Source: Eledone cirrhosa (Eukaryota). Taken from it: DNA of 64,000 nt. The notes beneath the pieces are model-generated. The model worked only from the letters and a program-made list of their open reading frames with translations, had not been told where the DNA came from and made no database searches. Position 1 is the stretch's first letter, and every line of letters begins with the position of its first letter. Location: positions 67,022,001 through 67,086,000 of the forward strand of contig OZ024746.1 of NCBI GenBank assembly GCA_964016885.1. The letters run 5' to 3'. A program made the position numbers and the translations under genes. Positions 1-12,598 of the stretch are shown here, piece by piece.

Positions 1-583
1 AGAGAAATATATGTAAGCTATGTCAGAATCTGAGTTATATGATGTTACGCAGTTTGTCGTCATCATTGGGATATGGGAAAAATAAATTTATATTATCAGG
101 TACGGAGGTTCCTTCGTAATGAATTTAGTTTCTTCCTCCATTTTAGTTACAAATGGAAATAGGACATATAATAGTGACATGATTAGCCTTTCAATCCTAA
201 GGGATTTAAATGTACAAACACTTTATCATTGTTTTCACTATAATCATGGAAGCAACTTTAATTATAACATATCGATTCTCGTGATGCCGTTATTTATCAT
301 TGTCTTAAATCTGTGTACTATTTGGTGTGACGTTGCATGAAAAATGAGAGTAAAATAGACATGGCATTAACCGAAGTTTATAGCTTACGGTGGGGATAAG
401 TAAGTGTATAGCTACTCTATTACTTCGTTAAAAGCTTGTAATGTGTTCTCATAAATAACGTCCGTACACATGTATCAACTCTCACATGCGGAATGATAAT
501 ATTCCAAATATCCCAAGATACAAACACATTCATAGATCTGTAAAAACTTGTACACAAATACACACAGGCACACATACACGTAC

Positions 584-704
<121 letters not shown>

Positions 705-887
705 TGTATATACAGAGTGAGAGAGAAATTGATAGCTAAACATCTGCTTGTTTTATATAGGTATGTACTAAAATGTAACCTTGGAGCTGTTTGAAGTGTT
801 GTAATTACATTCATTATTAATGATTACATTTGCTTCAAAGTTTCGCTGATAATACAGGACATTCTTAATGTCGTAATGCTGCTTCTA

Positions 888-1028
<141 letters not shown>

Positions 1029-1144
1029 CCAATTTACATGTGTCGCAAATAATTTTGTCTAGTCTGGGATTTTTAATAAAATACCTATTGAGTATGCTGA
1101 GATGCAACCGGTCCTAGCAGTGAAACTCATGCTAGTCTCGACAA

Positions 1145-1216
<72 letters not shown>

Positions 1217-4032
1217 ACGAAGGAAGTGTGGTAAGGAACCAGATGGACCATAACGCACAATAGTTGGGGTTAAACATATTCCATATATATATATATATAT
1301 ATATATATACATGCACACACATAATAAAATATTTTGCTTGAAGCATTGTATATAATATATAACGGTCAGCTGCTCTCAGATATGGAGGTCTCAGGTCAAA
1401 CAGATCCGAAATCAGATACAAAGGCAAATCAATGATTGTTTGGTGATAGACAACTAGAAATGCTACTCAGACGATATACGACCTTACCTATAAAGTTGCT
1501 TGAGAAAACTCCTAATATACTTCAAGTTATAATTGCCGTCCTAACATAAGTCAACCAAAAGCAAGTGTACAAATAGTTAAGAACAAATGAACTAGACAGT
1601 GTACAATACACACATACCGTGTGAATTACCCACATCAAAATTTATATATGTTTATTATGCATACAAATAACGATTGGGAGTTCATATACACTTCTATTAT
1701 GAATTACGCTATGTCAATACTTCTGCTAAACAATACAATGTTAAACTTAATTTATATTTAATGATAATTTTCCCTGTGATTAGCATGAATAACAAACGTT
1801 CGAAATAAAAGCGATTAAATAATTAAGAAGAATAGAAGAGGACTGCTATTTGTGCAGACAATGACTGGCTATTCATTTACTGATGGGATTTATTGTTTTA
1901 GAATACATAACGATGCATTAATAATCGTAGTTGTAACTTTAACAAGGTAAGAGTGATTGTTTCATTTTTTTTTTCGTTTACAATTCAATAAGCTCTTGAG
2001 TTGAATTGGATAAAGTGACCTCACCAGAGAATACAGGAAATATACTTTATTAATGTATATTGAGTATCAGGGAGCATAAATGACAGATGTAATTCTTCAA
2101 AATGTCCTCACAAAGCATTATGGATTACAAATGGTTAATGTAGAAGTAAAAAGGCATTCAGAAATATGCGAAGCTACAAAATGTATCTTTCAGCATTTGA
2201 AATGCATGACATCTAACATTGGATAAAATGTGAAAATTGCGCAAAATACGATTTTGCGAAGAAGGTTGACGTTGAAAGATAAATTAGTAACTAGATGAAA
2301 GGGACAAAAAGAACTGCAGATATGATGATAACAAAAAAACTGTTGCATGAATGTAACATTGGATATTGATAAATGAACTATTCAGTATTGACGAAAGAGT
2401 CTGACAATCTAACAAATTCTTTGTATGCTCGAATATTCTGTAACACCAAGTGGTAATAAGATAACTGATCATTATGCTATTATTAAGTTATTTCATAGTA
2501 GATAAAAAAAGTAAATGATACGCTTTGTTTAGTTCGGGAGGAATGAAAGTCAATGTCTAACCGCTGGTGTTTGGATACATATCACAGTGTATATTAAAAA
2601 TAATGCGCCAATTTGTCGCGGTATTTCCGTGTTTCTGTCACTCCTTCACATAATTATTATGATTTGTAACAATGATATAAGCCACACTTTTTGTGGAATG
2701 AGTGTGGTTAATAAAACTTATTCAATACCTGAGTGCTGTTGTTTTATTCCACTCGGAAGCATGAAATGTGGACTAAGATATTAGTGACATTTGAAATCAA
2801 AACGTCAAATGCCATAAGGAAATAGTTGACAACATTTAATCCTGTACTGTAAAATTTCTTCCACTTTCAAGTCATCCTAATTATTGATAATACTAAGAAT
2901 TTCTACTCTTTAAATTGCGTTGGTGTCGATTTGACCTTCCATATTTCACCTTTTATAGTATAGACACCAGCATTATATTTTGCTCAACCTCTATTTCTTT
3001 CAGAATCAGGCAAATCATTATTATACACACAGTAGCATAGAAATAGGATATTTGCCTAATCCTTTGAAGACATTTTCATTTGATTTCTCCTTCCTTTTAT
3101 CACTTTTAGACCTCTGAAAATTTACCGCCTAAATTAACATATACAAAGGTGCGTTACTTGGAATCGGCTGGTATATTTGTTGAGAAGAAGCCAAAATTAA
3201 AATGAAAAAATACAGAGAGAAAATTTGAATTTGCATAGAAAAAAGGCGTGTTCTGTTCATTACTTTTTTTTACCATATATTTTATTATATGCGGTCTGAT
3301 TTGAAGTCATGTAAATACGTATGAGATAGCGAATACAATTTTAGCTTTCATAAAATTGATTTCTCTTATTTTAAAATGTCCATTCCAATTTTCTATTCAA
3401 TTAAGAAACATAAGAAATACGAATAGAGGGGGGGGGGGGGGAATAAATACAAAATAACTTTAGGTTTAATTTAAAAACTTCCTCACCAATAAAATGATGC
3501 GTATCTCCAGAAATATTCGATAATTGACAATCGGTAATATCCTTTTATTTTTTATTCGTTTTTGTCCGTAATTTTGTATATTACATTTTCTCTAATATAT
3601 ATTTCTTTCAATCTATCACCTAATTTACCAATACTTCTATTGGCACACACACACACTCACACACAAACACACACACACACATACATATATATATACACAC
3701 ACACACACACAAACACACGCACACACTCACACATATACTCACGCACACATTCTCACACACGCATTCATACACACACCCACCCATACATACAAACCCACAC
3801 GCACACACACATACATATATATGTGTGTGTATTGCTTGTAGCCAGGTAAGTATATTTCGTTGTAACTACCTGTATATATATTGTCTTTTATATGAATGAA
3901 TTCATTGTTGATTTAAGTGTGATTTAAAAGATTTAGGTTTTTTTCCTCCTATTACGTATACATGGATTTGTTAATCATTTCCCTCCGCATACACGCTGTT
4001 TCAACCTAACGCTTGAAATAGCAGGAAGAGGC

Positions 4033-4068
4033 TCTTAACATTTCGGACGCTAATCCTTCATCAGAAGA
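4033..4068 (-). ncRNA. Minimal hammerhead ribozyme-like motif (PLE-type)
   Basis: Minus strand reads TCTT-CTGATGA-AGGA-TTAGCG-TCC-GAAA-TGTTA-AGA: CUGANGA and GAAA boxes, GGA/UCC stem II, and a short stem I. Confidence 0.55.
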
Positions 4069-4180
4069 AATAATGTGAAATTAGATAGATTGAAGGGATG
4101 GGCGGGGTGGAATTGGAAAAAATGTCTTTAGATAAAAATGACAGGTCCATTCATGTTGCCGTTATATATATATATAATAT

Positions 4181-4705
4181 AAATGGAATAGAATGAAACG
4201 AAATTTCATTTCTCACTCTTAGTACGGCATTTACTTAAATGTAAGTATTTATGTGTGTATACGTACATACATATATGTATACAGATGTACAGTAGTATGT
4301 ATATATATATACATACATGCACACATATATATATGCACGTATCGGTTTATCGAACATTTATTATAATGCTCGGTTTGTTTGTTTGTAAACAAACAAGCAG
4401 CCCGAAATACGCCGTACAGTGTTTAGGCAACCACGTCACTTTTTGTTCAACACTGACACAGGAACGATGTACTAGTTTCAAGCTTATTAGCTATCGTCAG
4501 CACCGTATACGTTCCTGCCAGATGGTTGAACGTCTGAAAGTATATAATTTCCTTATGCATATTACAAACAAACAAACCGAGCATTATAATAAATGTTCGG
4601 TAAACCGATACGTGCATATATATATGTGTGCATGTTTGTATATATATATATACATACTACTGTACGTCTGTATACATATATGTATGTACGTATACATACA
4701 TACTT

Positions 4706-4708
<3 letters not shown>
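4181..4708 (-). mobile_element. Penelope-like pseudo-LTR with inverted partial duplication
   Basis: 4181-4563 is homologous to 42968-43353. 4562-4708 is the reverse complement of about 4240-4388. It contains a hammerhead followed by AATAAA on the minus strand and is flanked by (TA)n. Confidence 0.65.
4459..4517 (-). ncRNA. Type I minimal hammerhead ribozyme
   Basis: Minus strand reads CAGGAACGTATACGGTG-CTGACGA-TAGC-TAATAA-GCT-TGAAA-CTAG-TA^CATCGTTCCTG. The core boxes are intact, stem I is CGGTG/CATCG plus CAGGAA/TTCCTG, stem III is the palindrome ACTAGT, and the cleavage triplet is GUA. Confidence 0.75.
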
Positions 4709-4775
<67 letters not shown>

Positions 4776-4820
4776 GTATATATATGTATGTATGTGTGTA
4801 TGTATGCATATATATTTATA

Positions 4821-5407
4821 TGGTAACATGTATCCCAGTACAACCTGTCTCATGGTCGGGTCGTTGGCGACTAAACTGGCAACCCCACCAAGATTTCTTG
4901 GTGAGGAGGGTGACTTTGGACATCCTGCAGGACTAAAAACAAAACCTGTCAAAGGGCAAAGGAGCTCTTAAGACTCAATGGCCATCCAAAATCACCGGGA
5001 GAGATGACCCCTTCGCCTTTGTCAAGGCAGAATTCTAGGAGAAGGAAAACTCTGATATAACACCTGCAACCCTGAGGGTATCCAATGATGTTGACTTGTT
5101 CTTCTTTTTGGTAAATATCATCTTGGTTAAGTGAGTGGGACTGGCTTTGTGCAGTGCCTTTGCTCACTATAAAAGCTTCACGGCACAGGCATTGCTTTAT
5201 ATCTGGAGATCTTTCTGCACTTGTCGTTACATGGTACCATGGGCCCAGCACTATGTGTCAATGATTGTCACAGGTGTAGTGTTTGTACCAGAGTTTTCAA
5301 GTCGCTGGCTGGACTAAAAAGTCATATTCTTTCAGCGCATCGGTAGGGGTTCTCCTAGATGGATATAAAGTATTGGCCGTACTCGAAAACGAGTTGGCAG
5401 CCACCAT
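4821..5407 (+). mobile_element. Non-autonomous RTE-like retroelement (about 590 bp, no ORF) in a TATG-rich tract
   Basis: The 5' part matches 21370-21545 (-). The 3' end tggccgtactcgaaaacgagttggcagccacca matches 21606-21645 (-) and 20975-21010 (-), both followed by (ATGT)n tails. The RTE assignment is inferred from the 3'-end style. Confidence 0.55.
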
Positions 5408-6216
5408 ATTTATATGTGTACCTGTGTGTATGCATTTATACCCCATACTTCATTTTTGTAATTGCTTTGCAAGATGTTTTATGTGAAAACGTGTGTGGAA
5501 AAATATAATTTTACAATTTGGGAGGGTCAGGCTGACGATAAATACATACGCACTGGTTGCTTTTCACTTCAATTTATAATTATAATTCCCCGTCGGTTAA
5601 TTTGATAATTGAATGGTTGTTTAGAGTTTAATTGTCAAAGCTCCTTCGTCACACATTTTGTGACCTCTAGAGTGACTACTTTTGTCACTTTGTGGCATCT
5701 TTCTTTTCTGTTTTACACTATTTGATTCACAAAACCTGATTTTCATACTATAAAAATAAATTCTGCCTGGTGGACGTTTTCGAGACGGTGCTTTCCGAAA
5801 GCAAACTCAAGAATATACGATTTTAATAATCAAAAAGATTTAGATCAATTCGTATCCGCTTCTCATCAATTGTTATTGTATTCAGAAGCATTTATGTCCA
5901 GATAAATAAGTCACCAAATCGGATTGCTTAATGAATTTGAAGTAAATATTTTTCACTCAAAAGTAACATTTATATAGCTTCAAGTAAATTATTGCTACGC
6001 CTACAAGATTTTTAATATCATTTGGGATTTCATATACTTTATATTCATGTCTTTGTGTATGCATCACTGCACAGAAGATTTTTTTTTACTCTTTGAAAAT
6101 ATCTTGGGAAATATAATAATGAATTTACTTCAACTATTTTTTCCACCTAATAATAGACATTTATCATTTTAGAAACCTATCAATAAAGTATAAGAATTAT
6201 TATAATAACATGTTGT

Positions 6217-6430
6217 AGGGCAATATGATAGGCAGTATCGGTAGAGAGTCGGACGCCATGCTTTGCAGCATAGAATTTCGGCCCATTGTGATCTGAGTTC
6301 AAATCCAGCCAAGGTTAACTTTGCCTTTTATCCTCATGGGTTCGATAAAATGAAGTACCAGTCACGCACTGGGGTCGATTTAATCGACGTTCCCCTCCCC
6401 AAAATTGCTGGCTTGCCTATATAAGAAACC
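6217..6430 (+). mobile_element. tRNA-derived SINE (family S1, long-tail variant) with 18-bp TSD
   Basis: A-box-like ggcagtatcggt and B-box gagttcaaatcc. The core gccttt..atcct...ggggtcgataaaat..agtaccag resembles the MetaSINE domain. TSD attataataacatgttgt at 6199-6216 and 6431-6448. Confidence 0.88.
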
Positions 6431-7154
6431 ATTATAATAACATGTTGTTCGTCGGTGATCTACTGGTGTCCACTCCGCTAGAATTCGGGCCAAGCCCGTG
6501 GTTTGAAAATATTTGCCTGTCTTCCGGAACAATCAAGACCAAGTGATAAGAATAGTTTTTTTTATTCTATTAAAAAATAAACTATATCCATTACATTAAT
6601 ATCTACATATAACTTCATTATCTAATGTCTACATGTTATATTTTTATTTTCTGGTAATTTAATTATCTGTCGTATTGATATATCTAAGTATATTGTCGAT
6701 ATCGGTAGATGAAGCAACGTCAAACTGTTAAAAGACAAGTAATACTCTTTGTGTAAAAATGCTAGTCAAATATTTTTACACACTGAATCAGTTTTTATTT
6801 TTTATTTTAAGACACTATATTAACCTCTACATGTGAGTTAGTAGCACTACATTTTGGCCCTATAGTATTTCAAAAATCGATAATCGTAACAGCTGAATTT
6901 AGTTGTATAACATCAATCCACGAAATGAGAAATCTCTAAATGTGGAATGACAAGTACCCGAAGGGTGATTTAATGTCGTAAGACTATATTTTCAGTAAAA
7001 AAAAAAAATCCACTGTGACGAATGTTTCATTTCAAACAAATATGGCATATCATTGTAGCTTTCATCATTAATTTTCTATATTCCTTCTTCGACCTCGTCT
7101 CATACTCAAATATCTTCTTCTTCTGCTTCTTCTAATACAACTATTATTATTATT

Positions 7155-7185
7155 ACATGTCGGCCCTTGTGGCCAATAAATTACA

Positions 7186-7229
<44 letters not shown>
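7155..7229 (+). mobile_element. Extremely 5'-truncated Tx1-like 3' end (about 35 bp) plus (ATT)n tail
   Basis: catgtcggcccttgtggccaataaattacatc(att)n matches the 3' termini of the copies ending near 12533 and 15592. It lies between two ATT tracts. Confidence 0.6.
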
Positions 7230-7445
7230 GGTGACCTACGTAGTAAATCGTATTATCGTGAGCTCCGCAAATGTTTGTTATTTTCAGTTGTTTAAAATTG
7301 CCATTTATTGAAATTTTTTTATTGTTAACTGTATATAAGTGCACATACATTGTTTTCTGAAAAGGACACCCAAAAAGATTGGGGCCCTGAGCCCAAAATT
7401 TAAACTTTTATAATTATCAAACAAAATTTTTTCTTTGAAAAAATC

Positions 7446-9409
7446 ATGGACGACCCAGAATCACACCTTCCTCACAATCTAACACCTCACACCGACGCCA
7501 CTATTGCAAATATTACTACGTTTGCCAACACTAAACATATAAGCAGTAGCAATATTTTAAATTTGTCTCATGCAGACATTCATTTCCCGCCATTACCAAT
7601 GACTGCAGGTGTTGAAGCCGCCACCCTCACCACCACCACAGCGACAACAGTAACAAAAGAAAGAAAGAAATTATCTCGTGACATCGAAATGGATTCACCC
7701 CAAATTAACTCTTCCACACCGAACGACACTGACGCCACCACCAACACAACTGAAACTAAAATTAACAATAACAAAAATAACGATAACAACAACAGCAACA
7801 ACAACAATGAGAATATCAGCCTGTCTTTTGCCAGAGTAGCAAAAAAGTGCGAAGCAATCCAGAAAAATCAGGAGGAATTAGAAGAAGCCAAAAGAATAGT
7901 AAAGAAATATGGGTACAGGTTCACCCCCCACCCCCCACACCCCCCACCTCCACACCCCAAAAAACCCATCTACTAAAATGGAGCATCGGCGCCTCTGCAC
8001 CGTGTCTTATCGGATGATTAACATAATATCGCGCCGAGTGGAACCGGCATCCGAGTCCCAAATCCAAAAAGCTTTGGGATAGTGTGGGCCAAAAAAAATC
8101 CACATCAGACGTGGGCAAAAATATGGAACCGAGGACGTGTTCTTTGAAACACCACAGGAGGCCAGAAAACACTCCATGGCCGCATTAAGAAGTGACGACT
8201 TCACACTCGTCCCAAGATATTGTGGCCAGAGACTCGTGAAGTTCAGGGTGACCCATGTTCCACGGGCCATCGAAATTCCCTGGCTAATAGCTGCCGTCCT
8301 CGCCGGCATCGAGGCCAACACCAAGATAATCGAAATAGCGAAAGAAAAGCAGGAGAACTGGTCCGGATCTGGGATGGAGCTCCTGATCAAAGCGGACCAA
8401 AAAAGCATTGAGGAGATCCCAGAGGTAATATACCTCACTGACGGCAGCCACCTCACCGTAATCGTCGAGTGCAGAAGGCCTAGGTGTGTTGTTTGTGGTG
8501 AAGGAACCCACCTAAGGGCTCTCTGCCCTCAGGCTAAAAGGTTGAGGCCACCTCTCTTACCCACCCCAGTGACTCAACCATCAACACCACCAGCTGCAGA
8601 AATTGCAGCAACAACTGTAGCAGCAACAACAGAAGAAACTGTAACAGCAACAACCCCAGCAACAGTAGCAAAACCAACACCACGACCACCCAACGCGCCA
8701 GGACTAGCACCAGCGCCTACACCATCCACCACGGCACAAACAAAAGCAACGCCAGTGGACGATTTTATACTCCCCGGCCAATCGCAACTGGAAACAGATT
8801 GTGACGACGGGGAGTGGTAAACGGTATCAGAAAAAAAAGGAAAAAAGAAAAAGAAGCAAAAAAGAAAAAAATCCTCTTCCTTCCCCCTCCAAAAACAAAA
8901 TACAGAGGGAAACAAATAAACTATCAAACAAAAAAGTTAGGACAGCTATGTCACGATCCACACCAGCATCACCAACCCAATCAGCACAAACAGCAACACC
9001 ATCACCATCATTAACCCCAACACCACCATCACGAACACCACAAAAATTCCCAACAAGCGAAATAGAAACAAACCCACAACAAACGCAAATAAAACAAAGC
9101 AACCAAAACGACACACACTACACAGCAATACATTTGAACAACAACCAATTATTACACTACATCCAACACAACACCAGCATCACAGAAAAAGACTACACCA
9201 CAACCCAAAAGTTCACACCACCTCCACACATACAAATCATTCGCATCACATAGAAAATGTACAGGACACTAAAACAAAAATTCCCCAAAGACATCGGAGA
9301 CTTCCGACAAGCACTCTCCAGGAGGAATATATAAGGACATCCTTCCGGAGGAAGCCAGAAGCAGTGAAAAGAATGGAGAAACCATCCTTCCTCTACGAGA
9401 AGTAAGGTA
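7446..9409 (+). pseudogene. Tx1-like ORF1 (gag-like, zinc knuckle), disrupted by frameshifts and stops
   Basis: Track ORFs 7446-7976, 8137-8820 and 8801-9253. Motif RPRCVVCGEGTHLRALC fits CX2CX4HX4C, followed by Pro/Thr-rich and Lys-rich tracts. Confidence 0.85.
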
Positions 9410-9444
9410 AATGGTCTTTCCCATCTTTTCCACTCCATTTCCAC

Positions 9445-12280
9445 ATGACCTCACTCAGAATAGGCAGCATAAATGCACGTGGCTTGGGTTCGTCATGGAA
9501 GCAGGGCCACCTGCTCCACGACCTCAGGTCTCTAAACATAGATGTAGTGGCCATCAGCGAGACCAGAATCTCAGAAGCACGGGCCTTCGCACCGATCTTC
9601 GGCCTCTACAATGTGTACGCATCTCCTAGCCGTCCTGGATCGGGGGGAGGAGTTGCTGTCATTTTTCGGAGGGGTTTGGATCTCGCCATACGGGCCATCT
9701 TCCTGGACGCAGAGGGTAAGTTGGTGGTGCTGGACGTGACCAGCGGAGACGGGCAAGCTTTCAGGCTAGTGGCCGTCTATTCCCCGACAGGAGCAGGGCG
9801 GCCTGATTTCTTCCGGCGTCTGGAGACCTTTCTTGGAACGTCACGCTCTTTAGTGTTAGTGGGCGACTGGAACGGGATCTTAGATGCACGCTGGGACTGT
9901 GTGGATTAGAGGATAGGGGAGGAGGGTGCAAGAGCCTCATCAACCTGCTCAGGCGTTTTGAAATGTCTGACAGCTACCGATTGGATTTCCCGAATGTGCC
10001 AATGTAGACTTGGACAAATCGCATAGGGTCATCCAGATCATATCTAGATAGAGTATTTTGTAGGGAAATAGATAGGTCTAGCATAGGCTGTCCACAATTC
10101 AAGATAGTCAGCTATACGGACCACAAATCCGTGATCTGTGTGCTTGACTTAGATAGGCTTCATAGACGAGAACCAGGCTACTGGAAGCTAAACGCGTCCT
10201 TACCAGCGCGCAAGGCCTCTTGAGACCGGATTAGCTAACTAGTTAAGCGGGCGTTGACGGGGGCCATCGTCAACAACAAGTGGTGGTTTGCTCTGAAAAG
10301 AGCGATTAGAATAGAGTCCATTAGGTTTAGTAGGGCTTTAGCAATAGAGAAAAATAGAGCAGAGGGAGAACTAGTTAGAAAATCAGACGAGGCGCTTAGC
10401 AAAGGCATCTCGACCGACGTGCTTACGGTGAAATTGGCCCTTGACCAATTCTTCAAGGCAAAGCACGAAGGCTGCGTTGTCAGAACTAGGGTGCGTGCTC
10501 TCAGACACGAGGGGACGAAAGCCGTTCAATGGGCCCGAGTGACGGAGGCGCGACGTAGCAATAAAGCCACGATCCGGTTTTTGGTGGACTACATCGTAGA
10601 GACGGTAGCTAGAGAACCTGGCACGGGTGGGTCCTTGATCAATTTAGATCAGTCGAAAGCTTTCGATAGGGTCGATCATCTTTACCTAGCGGCAGTCCTG
10701 AGGGCGGCTGGCTTTGGGCCCGTCTTCAGAGGCTGGAACGATGCCATGCACAGCGACATCTGCTCTGTGGTGAGAGTGCACGGTCACCTTTCGGAACCGT
10801 CCAACATCATGCGCTCGGTCAGCCAAGGATGTCCCCTCTCGTCACTCTTGTACGTATTGATTCACGAGCCATTACGTTGAGGGGGGTCCCGCGCGAACTA
10901 GGGCGCGGAAGATCCGTGTAAGCATATGCGGACGATGTCACCGTAGTGGTGTTGAACGCCAAACACCTCGAGGCGATCGGCACTACACTAAGAGAATACG
11001 AAGCGGTGTCGGAGCAAAGATCAACCAGGAAAAGTCAGTGGGCCTGCAGCTCGGCACCTGGAGAGGCAGGTCCATGCCGTTCAACAGCGTCGTCGGGCGC
11101 TGGACGGACGAACCGGTTAAATTGCTAGGGGTCTGGTTCGGTCCGGACCTCCAGACGGACAAAAGGTGGGACGAGGTGACGAGCAGGGTGGCTTCTCTCA
11201 CCCAGAAATGGGCGGTGACTAACGCGTACATCGCGGAGGTGTAACGCGTACATCGCGTCCGTTATCTACTACCGCCTGATCGTCGTACCTTGTCCTAAGC
11301 CCCGCCTGACTGCGCTGGAGCGTTTGCTCTTTCCCTTTTTGTGGAAGGGACGCACTGCGATGGTCAGTCGCTCCATATGCTATCAACACCCGCTACGTGG
11401 AGGGCTGGGCATGCCATGGCTGATGTTGCGCAGACACGCGCTCAGGCTATGTCATCTCCACCTCTTCCTCGACGGTGATCAGGTGTGGTCGCCGTTTTCT
11501 AGACGCGTCTTTCCCCATCTCGTCTCCTTGACGGAGCTGCAGTCCTGGGTCAAGCGAAGACCGAGAGGGAGCGCTTGGAGACTGGAATGTCTTCAGGCGC
11601 TCACAGTCCTCGACCAATCGGGCAATGTGATCGATGGAAACTCCACCTTGGTATTCTATAGAGGATTAGTGGAGGGAAAGAGCGACGACGTACTTGGGGA
11701 AGCTCTAGGCGTCGACGAAAATCAACTAGCCAATCTCTTCGGAAGAACTTTCGGGCCGGGGCCTATGGACAACTTCCAGAAATCCCTGGCCTGGCAGTGC
11801 TACCAAGGAGATTTGCCAGTTCCGGATAAACTCTACAGGCATGGAGGTGCCTTCAGCCAGGCATGTCCGAGATGCGCGCAGGGCGACGAAACCGTCCTGC
11901 ACGCACTCGTCCAGTGTCCGAGCATTGCTGACTTGTGGGTTTATGTCGAACACCTGCTGTCACGTGTAGGACGGATCCAATTATCAGCTGAGTCCATCGT
12001 GAGGATTGCCCCGCCCTCTTCCTTTAGCCGGGAAGGGCAGGAATTTTTTATCTGTCTGGTGGCCATGGCGAAAGAGATAGTATGGTGGACACGTTTGAAA
12101 GGGCTGAAGACGAGCACTTACCTCTTCGGTGATGCTCTAATTGAGTTTTTCAAATTTCATTTGAAAAGGAAAATCAGAGTAGAGAGGGAAGTGCTCTCTT
12201 CCCAGCATTTTGTTGAAAGATGGGTGAGAGAAGCAAGAATGGCCCGAGTGAATGGGCCTACTCTGAGTATATATCTGTAA
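9445..12280 (+). pseudogene. Tx1-like ORF2 (APE endonuclease + reverse transcriptase + zinc motif), disrupted
   Basis: Endonuclease motifs SINARGL, VAISETRI, LVGDWN, SYLDRVF, YTDHK. RT motifs LDQSKAFDRV, QGCPLS, and YADD near 10925. Zinc motif CPRC..H..QC. There is a 555-nt deletion at 10589/10590 relative to the minus-strand copy. Confidence 0.92.
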
Positions 12281-12551
12281 ATTAAAGGTGGAAAACTGGG
12301 AGAGGGCACTTGCCCTGGTGGTCAGGGTCACTGTGGCCTTTTAATGGGCTTTATCCACAAATGTCTCTCGGAAGTCTCCCCCCTATTGGGGAATTTTTCA
12401 TTGTTATTTTTTTGTTACATCCTCTGTTTTTGTTTTTTTACACGCAGAAATGCCCATTTGTACCGTCCTGTATTGTCCTGTACTGTCCTTAATGTCTACT
12501 TTATGTAAACCCTTGTGGTTAATAAAGAAAGCATTATTATTATTATTATTA

Positions 12552-12598
<47 letters not shown>

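Larger units (their letters stand above)
7230..12598 (+). mobile_element. L1/Tx1-clade non-LTR retrotransposon, copy A (5'-complete, defective)
   Basis: Starts ggtgacctacgtag directly after (ATT)n. Contains ORF1 with a CCHC knuckle and ORF2 with APE endonuclease, RT and a C-terminal zinc motif. AATAAA is followed by an (ATT)n tail at 12534-12598. Confidence 0.93.

Noticed and set aside
2050-2450. Purine-rich stretch resembling a decayed transposase
   Set aside because: No diagnostic motif could be recovered by eye.
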